Shown here in pieces: positions 61,436 through 64,000 of a DNA stretch of 64,000 nucleotides (the first letter of the stretch is position 1; every line of letters starts with the position of its first letter). The stretch is from an uncultured Faecalimonas sp. (GTDB lineage Bacteria; Bacillota; Clostridia; Lachnospirales; Lachnospiraceae). The notes under the pieces were generated by a model that saw nothing but the letters and a program-made list of their open reading frames with translations, had not been told where the DNA came from and did not search any database. Where the stretch lies: the NCBI GenBank assembly GCA_964623905.1, contig CAZUVY010000003.1:2443-66442 (forward strand), given 5' to 3'. The position numbers and the translations under genes were made by a program.

Positions 61436-63763
61436 TTATTCCTTAATTAATGCATATGCTGAAATTTTTCTGATCGGCATGCACAAAATGATACTTATAA
61501 TTATATTTACTAAAATCTGAACTGCTGCAAACAGCATTAAAAATCCGACTGAGATTTCAATATTGTTTTTCATAACGCCAAGAGCTTCAAAAATCAACTG
61601 ATAGATGCACGGCATATAGAAAATAGCCAGAGCACTTGAGAGCAGAGTTGCTGCTATTGACACAGGTAAAAATGAGCCTGCGGTCTGTAAGATCAGCTGA
61701 GTACTTGTATAGCCCAAAGATTTGTAAATGCCTAATTCCTGCTTTCTTTTCACAAGCAAGGATTTGATTACTATATACAAGATAAAAAGTACAATGAGGA
61801 TTGTTACCGTAAAGATTGCTGCTACAATCACCACGGTGATACCCATATACATATCCTGTGCTTCTTTTTGAAGCTTGTAGGCGTTTACTGAGTCTGCTAC
61901 CAAGTCTGGGTATTCTGATTTGTATTCTTTCGTAATCTTTTCGGCATCTTCAAAGTCTGCAAGATACACATAAAGAGATGTGGTCTGCTGCTCTGCGAAA
62001 AAGCTCTTGTAGCCAGCTAAACTGAGCTCACAAAATTCCCCCTGCAAGTTTACACTCTGAACAAAACCTGTTACCTTGAAGCTTTTTGTAGTGTCATTGA
62101 TGCTGACAGCAACTGTGTCGCCGATTTTAAAGTTGTCTTCAAAAGCACTGCCCAGAGCGATTTCGTCAGCCTTTTGAGGATTTCTGCCCATATAACACAC
62201 ATCATTTCTAACTTTTGAAAAATCCTCGCAGGCAAAAGCTGTAACCGCCTTATCTTCCACTTTAACATTGCCCGACATATATTGCAATGAGTGTTCTACA
62301 CGATTGTCGGTATCCAGCACAGCTTCCAGCTCACTTACACTGTCGCTTTGAGGAACAATGATCACATCTGCCACTTCGTCTGACAACGCTGACATAAAGT
62401 TCTCAGGTTTCACTGCCACATTGTAGAAAAGTGTACCCGAAAAAGCCACAAGGACAGTCAGCACAAAAGACACGAAAAAGAGCATAATATTCTGCTTTTT
62501 TGAAGCTATCATCTGCTTTAACACCAGCAAAAGTTTGGTGTTTCCTTTGGTTTCTTCCAGAGGCAAATGATTCTTCTTTTCACTTTTGGATCCTGTGTTA
62601 CCCCTTAAACCATCAATCGGCTGAATCTTTTCGATTTTTCTTGCGGAAATGAATGCGAAGAAGGTCGCAACTCCTGCAAGCACACAAGATACACAAATAT
62701 AGCTCAGTAAATCAAATCTGATACCAAACGAAAAGCCCGACTGAATAGTAAGCACCGAGCAAAGCACAGGCAGTAAAAAATACGAAAGACCAACGCCAAG
62801 GATTGCAAACAGCAGTGCAACCAACCCGTAAGGCAGGGTGATACTCGCTATAATCTGTCCGCTTGTATATCCCAAAGCTTTAAGTACGCTCATATTAGTA
62901 ATTTCAGACTCAATGGAATTCTTGACCTTGAAATTACTGAGAAAAACGCTGACCACAAGTATGATAAGTGCAAAGGCAGTTAAAATCAGGATAAGCAGAT
63001 CGCAGACCATTGTGCGTGTGCCTTTTACGCTTTCACTGTCAAGACTCGAAAGCAACATCACATTCTGATTCTCAAGAGTATTGCTTACAGCTTCTTTCAC
63101 CTTGTCAATATCTGCATCTTCACTGAGGGTCATTGAATATTCAGTAACTGCCTTATTTTCAAGGGCATCTGAAAGCTTTTCAAATTCAGCCTTTGGCAGA
63201 TAGGCACAGAGAAGAGCTGATCCGTAGTTGCCGTACTGCATTTCTTCAATTACGCCTGCTACTGTGAAGCTATGAGATTTACCTTCAATCGCATAAACAA
63301 TTTCATCACCAACGTCAAATCCCCCGAATTCAGAAACATAAAGAGGAATATAAATGGGATTATCCACACTTTTTTCACTCTCAGCTACCACCATAAAGTT
63401 GTTGAGTGTGCGTGCGTCATCCATATTGTAAAACACAGTGTTCATTGAAAAATCTGCACCGTTGAATTCCTTGACGGTAGCCTCCATCATAATAGCCGTA
63501 TGGCTTTCCGTTTTCTCCACCATTTCAATCTCATCAATCGCTTTTTCAAGTTCACTGCTGCTCTGAACCTCGGGAACAATTGTGTTAAGAGTTGCGGTAC
63601 TCAGGTTTTCAAACTTTTCATCATAAGCATCGTCTACTTGACGCATCAAAACCGCCGCACAGTTTAGGATCAAGGCAGTTATCAGAATGATAACGCCGAA
63701 AGATATAAAGGAAGATTTCTCCTTTTTTAAGTTGTATAAAATCTGATTCAGTATTTTTCTCAT
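61436..63763 (-). CDS. FtsX-family ABC transporter permease (two FtsX modules, large extracytoplasmic domains)
   Basis: 775 aa with about 10 TM helices, including LKALGYTSGQI and YKSLGYTSTQL FtsX-type segments. Confidence 0.85.
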   Translation of the reverse strand: MRKILNQILYNLKKEKSSFISFGVIILITALILNCAAVLMRQVDDAYDEKFENLSTATLNTIVPEVQSSSELEKAIDEIEMVEKTESHTAIMMEATVKEFNGADFSMNTVFYNMDDARTLNNFMVVAESEKSVDNPIYIPLYVSEFGGFDVGDEIVYAIEGKSHSFTVAGVIEEMQYGNYGSALLCAYLPKAEFEKLSDALENKAVTEYSMTLSEDADIDKVKEAVSNTLENQNVMLLSSLDSESVKGTRTMVCDLLILILTAFALIILVVSVFLSNFKVKNSIESEITNMSVLKALGYTSGQIIASITLPYGLVALLFAILGVGLSYFLLPVLCSVLTIQSGFSFGIRFDLLSYICVSCVLAGVATFFAFISARKIEKIQPIDGLRGNTGSKSEKKNHLPLEETKGNTKLLLVLKQMIASKKQNIMLFFVSFVLTVLVAFSGTLFYNVAVKPENFMSALSDEVADVIIVPQSDSVSELEAVLDTDNRVEHSLQYMSGNVKVEDKAVTAFACEDFSKVRNDVCYMGRNPQKADEIALGSAFEDNFKIGDTVAVSINDTTKSFKVTGFVQSVNLQGEFCELSLAGYKSFFAEQQTTSLYVYLADFEDAEKITKEYKSEYPDLVADSVNAYKLQKEAQDMYMGITVVIVAAIFTVTILIVLFILYIVIKSLLVKRKQELGIYKSLGYTSTQLILQTAGSFLPVSIAATLLSSALAIFYMPCIYQLIFEALGVMKNNIEISVGFLMLFAAVQILVNIIISIILCMPIRKISAYALIKE

Positions 63764-63764
63764 A

Positions 63765-64000
63765 TTACCATCCCATCTCCGCTAAGAAGCTGTTAAGCTT
63801 TGTTTTTCTTTCTTTACTATCCTCTGAGTAAAACCCAAGGTCACATTCTCCGTACACCTTACCGTCTTTAACATACAGTACTCGGTTCCCCCTTAAGGCA
63901 GTTTTCTTATCGTGGGTTACCATAATTATGCTCTGACCTTCCTTATGAAGTTTTGTAAAAACATCCAGTACCGCTGTTGAGTTGTTCGAGTTAAGAGCAC
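63765..64000 (-). CDS. ABC transporter ATP-binding protein, C-terminal part (5' end outside the window)
   Basis: Translates to ...ALNSNNSTAVLDVFTKLHKEGQSIIMVTHDKK...AEMGW* (D-loop and H-loop). The stop lies 1 nt before the permease ATG. Confidence 0.85.
   Translation of the reverse strand, partial: ALNSNNSTAVLDVFTKLHKEGQSIIMVTHDKKTALRGNRVLYVKDGKVYGECDLGFYSEDSKERKTKLNSFLAEMGW

Overview
This is a 64-kb chromosomal segment from a low-GC Gram-positive anaerobe. The gene content looks like Clostridia, possibly Lachnospiraceae, but that is inference; no database search was possible. I call about 66 protein genes plus one RNA gene. All but five genes (a LacI fragment, an M20 hydrolase, a LytTR two-component pair and an AraC regulator) are on the minus strand. 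The housekeeping backbone includes dnaB-rplI-gdpP, rpsF-ssb-rpsR, murA, aroK, a complete ten-gene F1Fo ATP synthase operon (atpZ-atpI-atpBEFHAGDC), trmL, tadA next to a Bacillus-type SRP RNA, a dGTPase, pgi and cls. No transposase, integrase, prophage gene, CRISPR array, tRNA or rRNA was seen. The stretches most worth a second look are as follows. (1) An RNA end-healing/end-sealing cassette at 38.9-40.9 kb: a kinase-HD fusion next to an Rnl1-like RNA ligase that is split into three overlapping ORFs by two frameshifts. (2) A 2115-aa surface protein co-transcribed with a receiver-only protein, divergent from an AgrC-like kinase/LytTR regulator pair that has no agrBD. (3) A Lon-like AAA+ protein with no protease domain. 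(4) A three-gene DUF5685 / Cys-tailed J-protein / membrane-protein operon. (5) A cardiolipin-synthase cluster flanked by paralogous small membrane proteins and an 11-mer-repeat protein. (6) An ATP synthase c-subunit carrying the full Na+-binding signature. (7) A CPBP protease gene broken at a T8 homopolymer. All family assignments come from motif recognition by eye and need HMM or BLAST confirmation.
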